A stretch of DNA of 64,000 bases from an uncultured bacterium (GCA_965368975.1 CBDUPA010000001.1:256001-320000); one strand, 5' to 3'. Shown: positions 9,526 to 19,398, numbered from the stretch's first letter. The notes: generated by a model not told the origin, from the sequence alone. Numbers and translations: made by a program.

Positions 9526-10389
9526 TCAGGTCGTCTCGACCTTGTGCACGTGCACGTCGCGCTGCGGATAGGGGATCGAGATGCCCTCGGCGTCGAAGCG
9601 GCGCTTGACCTCGCGCGTGACGTCCCAGTAGACAGCCCAGTAGTCCTCGGCGTTGACCCACGGACGGACGATGAAATCGACCGTCGAATCGCCGAGGTTG
9701 TGGAGCTTGATCGTCGGTGCCGGCTCGTCGAGCACCAGTTCGTGAGTCTCCACGATGTCGCTCAGCACGCGTTCGGCGTGTTCGACGTCGTCGTCGTAGC
9801 CGATGCCGAAGGTGAAGTCGATACGGCGCGTCGGCTCGGCGGTGATGTTCTTGATCACATCGCCCCAGATCTTGCTGTTGGGCACGACGATGCGCTGATT
9901 GTCAGCCGTCAGGATGGTCGTGGCGACCAGGTTGAGATCGCGCACTTTGCCGGTGACGCCGCCGGCTTCCACCACGTGACCGACGTCGAACGGCCGGTGA
10001 ATCAGCAGCATCAGGCCAGCGGCCAGATTGGACAACGTGTCCTGCGTCGCGAAGCCGATGATGAAGCCGGCGACGCCGAGGCCCGCGAGCAGCGGCCCCA
10101 GCTCGACACCTAGCTGCGCCAGGGCGAGCAGGAAGCCGAGCAACAGCACCAGCTTGCCCGAGATCGAGACGAAGAAGTTCTCCAGCAGCCCCGACATCTC
10201 GGTGCGCCGCGTGGCGCGGCTCACGACGCGGCGGGTCAGGCGGGCGACAATATAGGCGATGAGTAGGATGAAGAGCGCCGCGGCCAGGCGCAGCAGCAGC
10301 TCGGGACCGTGGTTCTGCAGCCACCCGAGGGCTTCCTGCGACCAATCTCTGAGATCCGAGAGTGAAGTGGTGTCTTCCGGCAATGTCAT
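9526..10389 (-). CDS. mscS: Small-conductance mechanosensitive channel
   Basis: GVAGFIIGFATQDTLSNLAAG, PFDVGH, IVVPNSKIW, GISIPYPQRDVH; AAGGAGG RBS before ATG 10389. Confidence 0.9.
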   Translation of the reverse strand: MTLPEDTTSLSDLRDWSQEALGWLQNHGPELLLRLAAALFILLIAYIVARLTRRVVSRATRRTEMSGLLENFFVSISGKLVLLLGFLLALAQLGVELGPLLAGLGVAGFIIGFATQDTLSNLAAGLMLLIHRPFDVGHVVEAGGVTGKVRDLNLVATTILTADNQRIVVPNSKIWGDVIKNITAEPTRRIDFTFGIGYDDDVEHAERVLSDIVETHELVLDEPAPTIKLHNLGDSTVDFIVRPWVNAEDYWAVYWDVTREVKRRFDAEGISIPYPQRDVHVHKVETT

Positions 10390-10528
10390 TCCTCCTTGGT
10401 GGTGATTCCGAGTCAGCGCAAAGACTATCGCACCTTCTCCGAGTGGAGGTGGGTGGTGTCGGAGGTCCGGATCTGGGAGAATCACAGGTCATAGCTTGTA
10501 CGCCCACTCGGGCGAGAGGAAGGAGATC

Positions 10529-12670
10529 ATGCGAGTGGAAATTTCGATCATCGCCGTAGTTTGCTGCCTGATAACTCTGATGACCCTGGTACCCGCGGCT
10601 GGGGCCGTCGCCGAGGCGGGGGCCGAGCCCGCCGCCGAGCCGGGCCCACAGCCGTTGACCGCCGAGTCGATGTGGCAGCTCGACCGCTTGAGCAGCCCGG
10701 CCGTGTCCCCGGACGGCAAGTGGGCCGTGGTCACCGTCACCAGCTACGATCTCGAAGAGGACAAGGGCACCGGCGTTCTGTGGTTGCTGTCCACCGATGG
10801 CAGCGCGGAGCCACGCCCCTTTACCTCGGCCCCTGCCGGTTCCGCGGTGTGGAGCCCCGATGGTCACTGGCTGGCCTTCGCTGCCAAGCGCGAAGGCGAC
10901 GAGGCTGCACAGATCTACGTCTTGCCGACCACCGGCGGTGAGGCCCGCCGGGTCACCAAAGTGCCCACCGGCGCCAGTTCTCCGAAGTGGTTCCCCGACT
11001 CCAAGAGTCTGGCCTTCGTCAGCAACGTCTGGCCGGATCTCGACTGGGAGGCGGCGGCCGAGAAGCTCAAGCAAGAGAAGGACCGCAAGACCACCGCGCG
11101 CGAGTGGAACAAGCCCTGGATCCGCTTCTGGGATTCCTGGATTCCGGCTGATCGTGAGAGCCACGTTTATCGAGTCGGACTGCCGGCCGCCGGCGCCGAG
11201 CCGAACGAGCCGACGCCGATCACCCTCGGTAGCGGTCTGCGTCTCTCACCGCTGGACAACGGTAGCAGCGCCTATGACCTGGCGCCCGACGGGAAAGAGA
11301 TCGCCTTCGCGGTCGACGTCGACGACACCGGCACGGACACCCGCTTCGACATTTTCGTCATGCCCGTGGAGCCTCGGGAAGGGGACGAACCGCTCAACGT
11401 CACGGCCGACAACCCGCGCGGTGACGACACCGGCCCGGTCTACAGTCCCGATGGCCGCTACCTCGCCTTCGGCCGCCAGACCATCCTCGGCTTCTACGCT
11501 GACCGCGAGCGTCTGGTCGTGCGCGACCGCAAGAATGGCGAGAACCGTGTGGTCACCGAGGCCTGGGACCGCTCGATGGGTGGCCTGCACTGGATGCCCG
11601 ACGGCAAGAGCTTGATCAGCGACATCGATGACGCCGGAACCGGTCGCCTGTACTCGATCGACGTCGAGAGCGGCGAACCCAGCGCTCTGACCGGCGAGAC
11701 CACCTTCGATGATCCCAGTCTGTCCGCCGATGGTCGCGTCCTGATCGCCCTGCGCGAGAGCTTCGTCGAGCCGCCGACCCTGGTGCGCGTCGACACCGAG
11801 AGCGGCGCAGCTACCCAACTGTCGACCTTCAACGACGAACGTCTGGCCAAGATCGACTTTGGCAGCTACGAGAGCGTGACCTACAAGGGCGCCAACGACG
11901 ATGACATCCAGATGTGGATCAACTACCCGCCTGGTTTCGACAAGAGCCAAGAGTATCCGCTCTATCTGCTGATCCACGGCGGTCCCCACAACGGTGTTCA
12001 GAACAGCTTCCACTGGCGCTGGAACGCCCAGCTCTTCGCGTCCTGGGGCTACGTCACCGCCTGGCACAACTTCCACGGCTCGAGTGGCTTCGGCCAGGAG
12101 TTCACGGACTCGATCAACCCCGAGCAGGCCAAGCTACCCTACGTCGACACGCTCAAGGCCGCCGAGTACCTGGCCGCCAAGCCCTTCGTCGACGGCGATC
12201 GCATGGCCGCCGGCGGTGGCAGCTACGGTGGCTACCTGGCCAGCATCCTGCTCGGCCGCGAGCATCCCTTCAAGACCCTGATCGCCCACGCCGCCGTCTA
12301 CAACTGGTACACCCAGTACGGCGCCGACTACGGTCACGGCCAGCGCCGCTTTGGCGAGTTCTGGGAGCAGGAGCAAGTGTTCCGCGAGAACTCCCCGCAC
12401 TTCGGTGCCGGCAACTTCAACACCCCCACCCTGGTCATCCACGGCCAGCAGGACTACCGCGTTCCCGTCAACCACGGTATCGAACTGTTCAACACCCTGA
12501 GCAACCGCGGTGTCAAGACCAAGTTCGTCTACTACCCGGACGAGAACCACTGGATCTTGAAGCCCAACAACTCGATCCATTGGTACACGGCGAACCAGGA
12601 CTGGCTGGCGGAGTTCCTGGGGGGCCAGAGCAGTGCCGATGGTGAGACGAGCGGGGATAGCGACGACTGA
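10529..12670 (+). CDS. Secreted S9 family (dipeptidyl/acylaminoacyl) peptidase
   Basis: Signal peptide, SPDG beta-propeller repeats, IHGGPH, GGSYGG nucleophile, DYRV, ENHW. Confidence 0.92.
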   Translation: MRVEISIIAVVCCLITLMTLVPAAGAVAEAGAEPAAEPGPQPLTAESMWQLDRLSSPAVSPDGKWAVVTVTSYDLEEDKGTGVLWLLSTDGSAEPRPFTSAPAGSAVWSPDGHWLAFAAKREGDEAAQIYVLPTTGGEARRVTKVPTGASSPKWFPDSKSLAFVSNVWPDLDWEAAAEKLKQEKDRKTTAREWNKPWIRFWDSWIPADRESHVYRVGLPAAGAEPNEPTPITLGSGLRLSPLDNGSSAYDLAPDGKEIAFAVDVDDTGTDTRFDIFVMPVEPREGDEPLNVTADNPRGDDTGPVYSPDGRYLAFGRQTILGFYADRERLVVRDRKNGENRVVTEAWDRSMGGLHWMPDGKSLISDIDDAGTGRLYSIDVESGEPSALTGETTFDDPSLSADGRVLIALRESFVEPPTLVRVDTESGAATQLSTFNDERLAKIDFGSYESVTYKGANDDDIQMWINYPPGFDKSQEYPLYLLIHGGPHNGVQNSFHWRWNAQLFASWGYVTAWHNFHGSSGFGQEFTDSINPEQAKLPYVDTLKAAEYLAAKPFVDGDRMAAGGGSYGGYLASILLGREHPFKTLIAHAAVYNWYTQYGADYGHGQRRFGEFWEQEQVFRENSPHFGAGNFNTPTLVIHGQQDYRVPVNHGIELFNTLSNRGVKTKFVYYPDENHWILKPNNSIHWYTANQDWLAEFLGGQSSADGETSGDSDD

Positions 12671-12701
12671 GTCTCTCGCACCCGTTGCCTTAGACACGAC
12701 C

Positions 12702-12733
12702 ACGCCCGGCGGACGTTCGACGTCGCCGGGCGT
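12702..12733. terminator. Hairpin between convergent genes (possible bidirectional terminator)
   Basis: ACGCCCGGCG-GACG-TTCGA-CGTC-GCCGGGCGT inverted repeat. Confidence 0.6.
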
Positions 12734-12780
12734 TGGTCTGTCTGGCTTGTTTCTATCTGGCTTCGTCCTAGCGAACGAAC

Positions 12781-12960
12781 TCAGCGACGCGGGCCGAGAC
12801 GCGCGTCGCGCAGCTCCGCCTGCAGCGCCGGGCAGCACGGACCTTGGGGGTCGGTGGGCTCGGTACCGGCACTTTCGCCACCGAAGACCCTCTCCAGGTC
12901 GGCGTTGAACTGGATCAGGGTCTCGCGTTGCAGAGTGAGCTTGGTGCGGAGTCTCTTCAT
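12781..12960 (-). CDS. 59-aa RiPP-precursor-like peptide with double-glycine leader
   Basis: GAGGAG RBS then MKRLRTKLTLQRETLIQFNADLERVFGG|ESAGTEPTDPQGPCCPALQAELRDARLGPRR. Confidence 0.65.
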   Translation of the reverse strand: MKRLRTKLTLQRETLIQFNADLERVFGGESAGTEPTDPQGPCCPALQAELRDARLGPRR

Positions 12961-13012
12961 GCGGTTCTCCTCGCGGGTGAGAAATGGGGTGGCGGGACCC
13001 AAGAGCAACGGA

Positions 13013-14332
13013 TTAGATAGTGGGATTGTAGCTGACCCAGCGTAGCCAGCCCTCGAGCGGACGCCTTCCTTCGGCACACCAGGCCGCCGGCGGTTGCTGC
13101 ATCAGGCCTAGAGGGCACAGCCGAGGAGCTAGCGGCGGCGTCAACTCGACCGCCACTCGGCCTGCTTCGTCCGGGCCGCCGCCTGTTCCGCTACTAATAC
13201 CCAGGCACTTGAGATGGACGCCCCACGGCCGTAGATGGTCGCCCAAGTGCTCGACGCTCGGGCAGGGCACGACCGCGATGTGACGGTGCAGGGGCGACGC
13301 TGGCAGCAAGCTTGGATCCTCGATGCAGACGACGGCACTGTCGTCGCTGGCGAAAACCTGTCCGACGACGGCGGCAGTGCCGCGCCACTGGGCCCGCGCA
13401 GCGCCGGTGGCGGTGTCGATCGGACCGGGGGGTATGTCGACGGCCAGGTCGCGCAGGGCTTGGTGCAGGCGCGCGGCGAAGTCGACGCAGCTGACTTCCG
13501 CACTGTCCTCGACCCAGGCGATCACCGGCGACAAGCAGCCGCGTTGGTCGTAGGCGGCGATGTCGAGGGCCAGGGCGCGTGCGCTGGCTTCGACGCTGTC
13601 GAGGGTCAGGGCAGCGGCGGGGACCCAGGCGGTGCTGGCGCCGTGGCCGTGTTCGAGCAGGCGCACGGTGGCGGGTAGACGTGTGCGCAAGGAGGTCATC
13701 GTCTCGTCACTGCCGTAGGCGACAACGAGATCGGCAGCGGTCTTGGAATCGTCGAACAGGGCGGTTTCGAGGACAGCGTCACTGCCGGGGAAGCTCGTGA
13801 TCGATAGGGCTCTGTGTAGGAGCCCCCTCATGTGGGTGCCCTCGATTGAGGTATCTTGACCGCTGAGGGCGTCACGCAGCAGGACTGGCAGACTGGAGTC
13901 GGGCACCTGGTCTCTGGGTAGCTTGACCAGGATCGGTGTCCCTACGGCGAGGCCCAGGAGCAGGGGGCGTAGGGCGGCGGTGAACACGTTGCCGGCCAGG
14001 ATCAGGACGGTGAAGGCGGGAGGGACGGGGATCGCGTCGGGATGGGGAGGTGCTTGTCGCAGCAAGCCTTCCAGTACTGTGATGCCGCCGTCTCTGAGCT
14101 CGAGCCAGGGCTCGATGCTGGTGCGGAGGGCCCAGTCGACCATCGCCGGTGACAGCCCCACGGTCTCGGGAAGCACATCGCGGGCTCGTCGTCCGAGAGG
14201 ATCGTCAGGATCCGCCAGACGCGCGATGGCGTTCGTGAGACTCCGGCAGCGGTCGGCGACGGACAGCCTCCGCAGTGCCGCGCCCTGGTCGCGCAGGTGC
14301 CGTGCCAGAGCGTGCAGGTCTTCGGGCGTCAT
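13013..14332 (-). CDS. LuxC-like acyl-CoA reductase
   Basis: ILAGNVF, VVAYGSDET, HGHGAS, DIAAYDQRGCLSP (catalytic Cys), RLCPLGLMQQPP. Confidence 0.85.
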   Translation of the reverse strand: MTPEDLHALARHLRDQGAALRRLSVADRCRSLTNAIARLADPDDPLGRRARDVLPETVGLSPAMVDWALRTSIEPWLELRDGGITVLEGLLRQAPPHPDAIPVPPAFTVLILAGNVFTAALRPLLLGLAVGTPILVKLPRDQVPDSSLPVLLRDALSGQDTSIEGTHMRGLLHRALSITSFPGSDAVLETALFDDSKTAADLVVAYGSDETMTSLRTRLPATVRLLEHGHGASTAWVPAAALTLDSVEASARALALDIAAYDQRGCLSPVIAWVEDSAEVSCVDFAARLHQALRDLAVDIPPGPIDTATGAARAQWRGTAAVVGQVFASDDSAVVCIEDPSLLPASPLHRHIAVVPCPSVEHLGDHLRPWGVHLKCLGISSGTGGGPDEAGRVAVELTPPLAPRLCPLGLMQQPPAAWCAEGRRPLEGWLRWVSYNPTI

Positions 14333-14347
14333 GGCGAGTTCGGTCCC

Positions 14348-15514
14348 TCAGCCCTGCCCGTTGAGGATCGCTTCGACCGCCAGCGAGCAGCCGCGCGGCA
14401 CCGCCCCGGGAGCGCGGCCGAGCAATTCCAAGGTGCCGGCACTCGGGTCGTCGGATGGGTGGTAGCGGCCGAGGTCGGAGGTCTGAATGGCCCAGGCTGT
14501 GTCGAGGTTGGCTGGGTCGTCGATGCGCACGAGGCCGACCTCGCGAGCGGGTACAGGCCGCAAGGTGACTGGATCGACGACGCTGACGCGTAGCCAGCCG
14601 GGCGCCCACAGGCGGCGCGGACGCGGCTCGGTGCCGCTGACGGCGTCACGCAGCGTCGTCTCGTAGAGCTGCGACGTCAGCTCGGTCATGCCGTACTCGG
14701 TGACAATGTGCGTCTCTGGAATGCCGAAGCGCACGCTCAGCTGGCTGCGCAGGATCGCCGGGTCGACGGCGCGCGAGCGTCCCTTGGTACCGCCGGTGTG
14801 CAAGAGTCGGCTGCCGGCCGGCAACTGCCAGCGTTGTTGCAGGGCATCTTCCGCGTGCACGAAGGCGAAGGAGGTGCCGAGCAGGGCGATGGGCTGATCG
14901 TCGCGCTCGGCGCCGTCGAGAGCGCGGGTGAGGGCGTCGAGGTCGAGCTGCGGGGGATCGCCGAGCGTGCCGTGCCAGGCGTAAGTACTGGCAGGTCGAC
15001 CAAACCACTCGACATAGCGTGCCAGCATGTAGCCGAGCGACGATTCCGGGGCTTCGGCCTCGCTCGCGACCAGCAACAACAAGCGCATGCGCTCAGCCTC
15101 GCGTGGGGCAGGGCGCTGCGCATCGGGGAAGAAGGCATGACTGGCGGCGCGCTCGGCGGCACGATTGTAGAGGTCGAGATCACGCAGGGCATGGCAGCCA
15201 CGGCGGCCTGCTCCCTGGCTGGTCCCGCTGGTCAGGAAGTGGCGCACATCCAGGTCCTCCGGGTGCGCGGCCACGCGGACGGCACGGAAGACATCGGTCG
15301 GGACGGCGGGTAGCTCGGCCGGGTCGTCGACGGCGGTGAGGTCATCGGGGTCGAAGCCGCGGGCGCTCAGCAGGCGGCGGTAGGGCGCGACATGGCGTGC
15401 CTGCCAGCGGGCCAGGTCGAGCAGCAGGGCGTCGCGCGGCCCGGGTTCCGGAGCCTCGATGAGAGCCAGGATTCGTTGCTTGAGGGGCTGCCGAGTCGCG
15501 TCCAGGATGGTCAT
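14348..15514 (-). CDS. LuxE-like acyl-protein synthetase
   Basis: FLTSGTS, HTGGTKGRSR, EYGMTELTSQLY, AIQTSDLG, LLGRAPGAVPRGCS. Confidence 0.85.
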   Translation of the reverse strand: MTILDATRQPLKQRILALIEAPEPGPRDALLLDLARWQARHVAPYRRLLSARGFDPDDLTAVDDPAELPAVPTDVFRAVRVAAHPEDLDVRHFLTSGTSQGAGRRGCHALRDLDLYNRAAERAASHAFFPDAQRPAPREAERMRLLLLVASEAEAPESSLGYMLARYVEWFGRPASTYAWHGTLGDPPQLDLDALTRALDGAERDDQPIALLGTSFAFVHAEDALQQRWQLPAGSRLLHTGGTKGRSRAVDPAILRSQLSVRFGIPETHIVTEYGMTELTSQLYETTLRDAVSGTEPRPRRLWAPGWLRVSVVDPVTLRPVPAREVGLVRIDDPANLDTAWAIQTSDLGRYHPSDDPSAGTLELLGRAPGAVPRGCSLAVEAILNGQG

Positions 15515-15533
15515 CGTCTGCTAGCCTAGCAGG

Positions 15534-16139
15534 GTGTCCAAACCCAAGTCCTACCTCGTCAACGAGATCTTCTACAGCCTGCAGGGCGAAGGGGTGCGTG
15601 CCGGCACTGCGAATCTCTTCTTGCGCTTCTCGAAGTGCAACCTGGAGTGCCGCCAGGAGACGCACGGTTTCGACTGCGACACCGAATTCGCTTCCGGCCG
15701 GCGCCTGACGCTGGCGGAGATCGTCGATGAGTTGCGCCAGCTCACGCCGGACTGTACCTGGGTGATCTTGACCGGCGGTGAACCGGCGCTGCAGGTGGAC
15801 GCTGCGCTGATCGAGGGTTTGCAAGCGGCGGGCTACCAGCTGGCGATCGAGACCAACGGGTCGGTGGCCTTGCCGGACGGTCTCGACTGGATCACCGTCA
15901 GCCCCAAGGTGGCCGAGCACGCCGTCCGCCAGCGGCGCGCGCACGAGGTCAAGTACGTGCGCGGCTACGGCCAGGGCATTCCGCGGACGGTAGTGAAGGC
16001 CGAGCACTACCTGATCTCGCCAGCCTTCGACGGCGACCAGGTCGACCCGCGCACGCTCGACTGGTGCATCCGCCTGGTGCGCGAGCATCCGACGTGGCGC
16101 CTGTCGGTGCAGCAGCACAAACTGTGGCGCGTGCGGTGA
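15534..16139 (+). CDS. queE: 7-carboxy-7-deazaguanine synthase (radical SAM)
   Basis: VNEIFYSLQGEG, LRFSKCNLEC...CDT, LTGGEPALQ, IETNG, WITVSPK, WRLSVQQHK. Confidence 0.9.
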   Translation: MSKPKSYLVNEIFYSLQGEGVRAGTANLFLRFSKCNLECRQETHGFDCDTEFASGRRLTLAEIVDELRQLTPDCTWVILTGGEPALQVDAALIEGLQAAGYQLAIETNGSVALPDGLDWITVSPKVAEHAVRQRRAHEVKYVRGYGQGIPRTVVKAEHYLISPAFDGDQVDPRTLDWCIRLVREHPTWRLSVQQHKLWRVR

Positions 16140-16310
16140 CGTGGGGTGTCTGCGACGGGCGACATTCGGTTGACGCTGTCCGTGCCGTTTGCGGTACGCT
16201 AGCCCATCCGCCGCGGCGCTCTGCCGGACCGTGGGTCCGCCGAGCGTCCTGCAGTTGCTCCTGGTGGCTTTCTTACCTCCGAGATAATCCTGAGAAGGGG
16301 ACAGACTTCT

Positions 16311-18164
16311 ATGTGTGGAATCGTCGGTGTGATCGGGCAGGGCGAAACGTTACGCTTGGCCGTCGAAGGTCTCAAGCGCTTGGAGTATCGCGGTTACGAT
16401 TCGTTCGGTGTGGCGACGCTGCAGGCCGGCAGCGAGGGGACGGAAGGGCGCATCGCGGTCAAGAAAGAGGTCGGCTCGGTGATCGAGCACGATGCGAGCG
16501 GCTTCTTCGACGACGTGCCGGAGTCCACGGTCACCCTCGCGCACACCCGGTGGGCGACACACGGCAAGGTGACGCAGGTCAACGCCCACCCGCACGTGTC
16601 GGCGGACGGCACCTTCGTACTGGTGCACAACGGTGTGGTCGAGAACCACCGCCAGCTGCGCGAGGAGCTGCACCGCGAGGGCATCGAGTGCGTGTCCGAG
16701 ACGGACACCGAAGTGGTGGCGCAGTTGCTGGCGTTGGAGTACCGGCAGGCGGGTGATGTCCTGGAGGCCGCCCGCCGCACGCTCGACAAGCTCGACGGCG
16801 AGTATGCCTTCGCCTTTTTCACCACCCACGATCCCGAGCACGTCTACGGCGCTCGGCTGAAGAGCCCGCTTGCCTTCGGTGTCGCCGACGGCAAGGCGAT
16901 CCTGGCCTCGGATCAGCGTGCCATCGCGCCGCTGTCGACCGAGATTCGCTACCTCGAGGACGGCGACTTCGTGCGCGTCGGCAAGGACGGCGGCACCGTC
17001 TACGCTTTCGGCGATGGCAGCTTCCAAGAGGTCGAGCGCGACGTCGTGCACGTCGAGTGGGATGAAGAGGACGGCGACAAGCACGGCTATCCGCACTACA
17101 TGCTCAAGGAGATCTACGAGACACCGATCGCGGTCGAGAGCGCGCTCAAGATCCGCGACGAGGAACTCGACGCGGCGGTGGCGACGATGGTCGACGGTGA
17201 CGTCAACATCACTGGTGCCGGCAGTGCCTTCTACGTCTCACAGATCGCCCAGTACTACTTCGCCGGCCTGGCCAACTGCTACGCTCGCGTGCATCCCTCG
17301 GACGAGCTGATGGGCCTGGTGCGCTTTGAACCCGAATCGCACCTGATCGCGGTGTCGCAGAGCGGTGAGACCTTCGACACCTTGGAGGTCATCCGCGCCG
17401 CGCTCGCTCGCTGTGCCGAGGTGACGTCGATCAACAACGTCTTCGGCTCGTCCTGCCAGCGCCTGGCACGCTTCCCGCTGTTCCAGGGGGCCGGCGCCGA
17501 GATCTGCGTGCTGAGCACCAAGTCGATCGTCAGCCAGGCGATCGTACTGTACCGCTTGGCGGTCAAGCTGGGCGTCGCGCTCAAGTTCCTCAAGCCCGAG
17601 GAAGGGGAACGCCTGATCACCGAGGTGGGCGCTTTGCCTGGCTACATCCAGCGCTTGCTCGACGAGGTCCAGGACAAGATTCGTGAGACCGCCAAGGCCA
17701 ACAGCTCGATCGACAACTGGTTCTTCATCGGCCGCGGTATCTACTACCCGGTGGCCATGGAGTCGGCGCTCAAGTTCAAGGAAGTCAGCTACTTGCATGC
17801 CGAAGGAATGTCCGCCGGTTTCTTCAAGCACGGCACCATTTCGCTGATCGACGATGAGTTCTACACCATCGCTTTCCTGCCCAACAAAGAGCTGGACGCG
17901 GACACCTTCCGCTTCACCATGTCCAACATCTCCGAGATCCAGGCACGCGACGGCCGCGTCATCGCCTTCGGTCACGAGCCGCCGGATCACGAGGATGTCG
18001 TTCACCTCTACGACTACGTGCAATTGCCCAGCCTGGGCAACAAGCACCTCGATCCCATCCTGCACCTGATCGCTGGCCAGCTGCTGGCCTACCATTGTGC
18101 CGTCGACCTGGGACGCAACATCGACAAGCCACGGGCCTTGGCCAAGAGTGTGACGGTGCGCTGA
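16311..18164 (+). CDS. glmS: Glutamine--fructose-6-phosphate aminotransferase
   Basis: MCGIVG, LEYRGYDS, HTRWATHG, SQSGET, ALKFKEVSY, LAKSVTV. Confidence 0.93.
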   Translation: MCGIVGVIGQGETLRLAVEGLKRLEYRGYDSFGVATLQAGSEGTEGRIAVKKEVGSVIEHDASGFFDDVPESTVTLAHTRWATHGKVTQVNAHPHVSADGTFVLVHNGVVENHRQLREELHREGIECVSETDTEVVAQLLALEYRQAGDVLEAARRTLDKLDGEYAFAFFTTHDPEHVYGARLKSPLAFGVADGKAILASDQRAIAPLSTEIRYLEDGDFVRVGKDGGTVYAFGDGSFQEVERDVVHVEWDEEDGDKHGYPHYMLKEIYETPIAVESALKIRDEELDAAVATMVDGDVNITGAGSAFYVSQIAQYYFAGLANCYARVHPSDELMGLVRFEPESHLIAVSQSGETFDTLEVIRAALARCAEVTSINNVFGSSCQRLARFPLFQGAGAEICVLSTKSIVSQAIVLYRLAVKLGVALKFLKPEEGERLITEVGALPGYIQRLLDEVQDKIRETAKANSSIDNWFFIGRGIYYPVAMESALKFKEVSYLHAEGMSAGFFKHGTISLIDDEFYTIAFLPNKELDADTFRFTMSNISEIQARDGRVIAFGHEPPDHEDVVHLYDYVQLPSLGNKHLDPILHLIAGQLLAYHCAVDLGRNIDKPRALAKSVTVR

Positions 18165-18186
18165 GCCGCGCCGAGGAAGGAACCGC

Positions 18187-19398
18187 ATGGAGACGCTGCA
18201 ATCGCTGCTCGGTTTGTTGGTGATGCTGGGCTTGGCCTGGCTGATGTCGAACAACAAGAAGCTCATTCCGTGGCGCGTGGTGCTGGTGGGGACCGCCATG
18301 CAGCTGCTCTTCGGCGTGTTGATCCTCAAGACCGATGCCGGTCAGCGTGTCTTCCAGTGGGCTACGGACGTCGTCACTGCCTTCCTCAACTTCACGGATG
18401 CTGGCGCCATCTTCATTTTCGGCCAGGGTTTCGAGGAGCACTTCTTCGCCTTCAAGGTGCTCTCGACCATCATCTTCTTCTCGTCCTTTATCACCGTGCT
18501 CTACCACTTCGGCGTGGTGCAGGCGATCGTCAAGGTGTTCGCCAAGATCATGGTGCGACTGATGGGCACGTCGGGGGCCGAGTCGCTGTCGGCGTCGGCC
18601 AACATCTTCGTCGGTCAGACGGAAGCGCCGCTGCTGATCAAGCCGTACGTCGGTGGTATGACCAAGTCTGAGCTGATGGCGGTCATGAGCGCCGGCTTCG
18701 CGACCATCGCGGGTGGTGTCTTCGCAGCCTACGTCGGCATGGGCATCTCGGCAGGCCACCTGATTGCGGCCAGCGTCATGTCGGCGCCGGCGGCGCTGGT
18801 GATGGCGAAGCTGATGATGCCCGAGACGGAGGAGAGCCTGACTGCCGGCGAAGTCAAGATGCAAGTCGAGCGACCGTGGGTCAACTCGATCGACGCCGCC
18901 GCCAGTGGCGCTGCCGACGGCCTCAAGCTGGCGCTCAACGTCGGCGCCATGCTGCTCGCCTTCATCAGCCTGCTGGCCCTGATCAACGGCATCCTCGGCT
19001 GGTCCGGCGGCCTGTTTGGCTTCCCGCAGCTGACGATCGAGATGATCCTGGGCTGGATTTGCATGCCACTGGCGTGGGTCATGGGCGTGCCGTGGGGCGA
19101 GTCATACGATGTCGGCATGCTGCTCGGTCTCAAGGCGGTGGCCACTGAGTTCATCGCCTACGACGCTCTGGGCACCATGATGGACGAGGCCGGCCGCCTG
19201 TCCGAGCGCTCGCAGGTGATCGCCACCTATGCCCTCTGCGGCTTTGCCAACTTCGGCTCGATCGCCATCCAGATCGGCGGTATCGGCGCCATTGCCCCGG
19301 ACCGCAAGCATGACCTGGCACGCCTCGGCCTGCGAGCCATGATCGCGGGCAGCCTGGCCTGCTTCCAGACCGCGACGATCGCTGGCTTGTTGCTCTGA
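18187..19398 (+). CDS. nupC: Concentrative nucleoside transporter (CNT/NupC family)
   Basis: SGAESLSASANIFVGQTEAPL, ASVMSAPA, YALCGFANFGSIAIQIGG. Confidence 0.92.
   Translation: METLQSLLGLLVMLGLAWLMSNNKKLIPWRVVLVGTAMQLLFGVLILKTDAGQRVFQWATDVVTAFLNFTDAGAIFIFGQGFEEHFFAFKVLSTIIFFSSFITVLYHFGVVQAIVKVFAKIMVRLMGTSGAESLSASANIFVGQTEAPLLIKPYVGGMTKSELMAVMSAGFATIAGGVFAAYVGMGISAGHLIAASVMSAPAALVMAKLMMPETEESLTAGEVKMQVERPWVNSIDAAASGAADGLKLALNVGAMLLAFISLLALINGILGWSGGLFGFPQLTIEMILGWICMPLAWVMGVPWGESYDVGMLLGLKAVATEFIAYDALGTMMDEAGRLSERSQVIATYALCGFANFGSIAIQIGGIGAIAPDRKHDLARLGLRAMIAGSLACFQTATIAGLLL

Noticed and set aside
13013-15514. Bioluminescence operon
   Set aside because: No luxA, luxB, luxD or luxG in the window.
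16140-16310. Possible glmS ribozyme upstream of glmS
   Set aside because: The conserved core (AGCGC...ACGAGG) is not recognisable; an Rfam covariance search would settle it.
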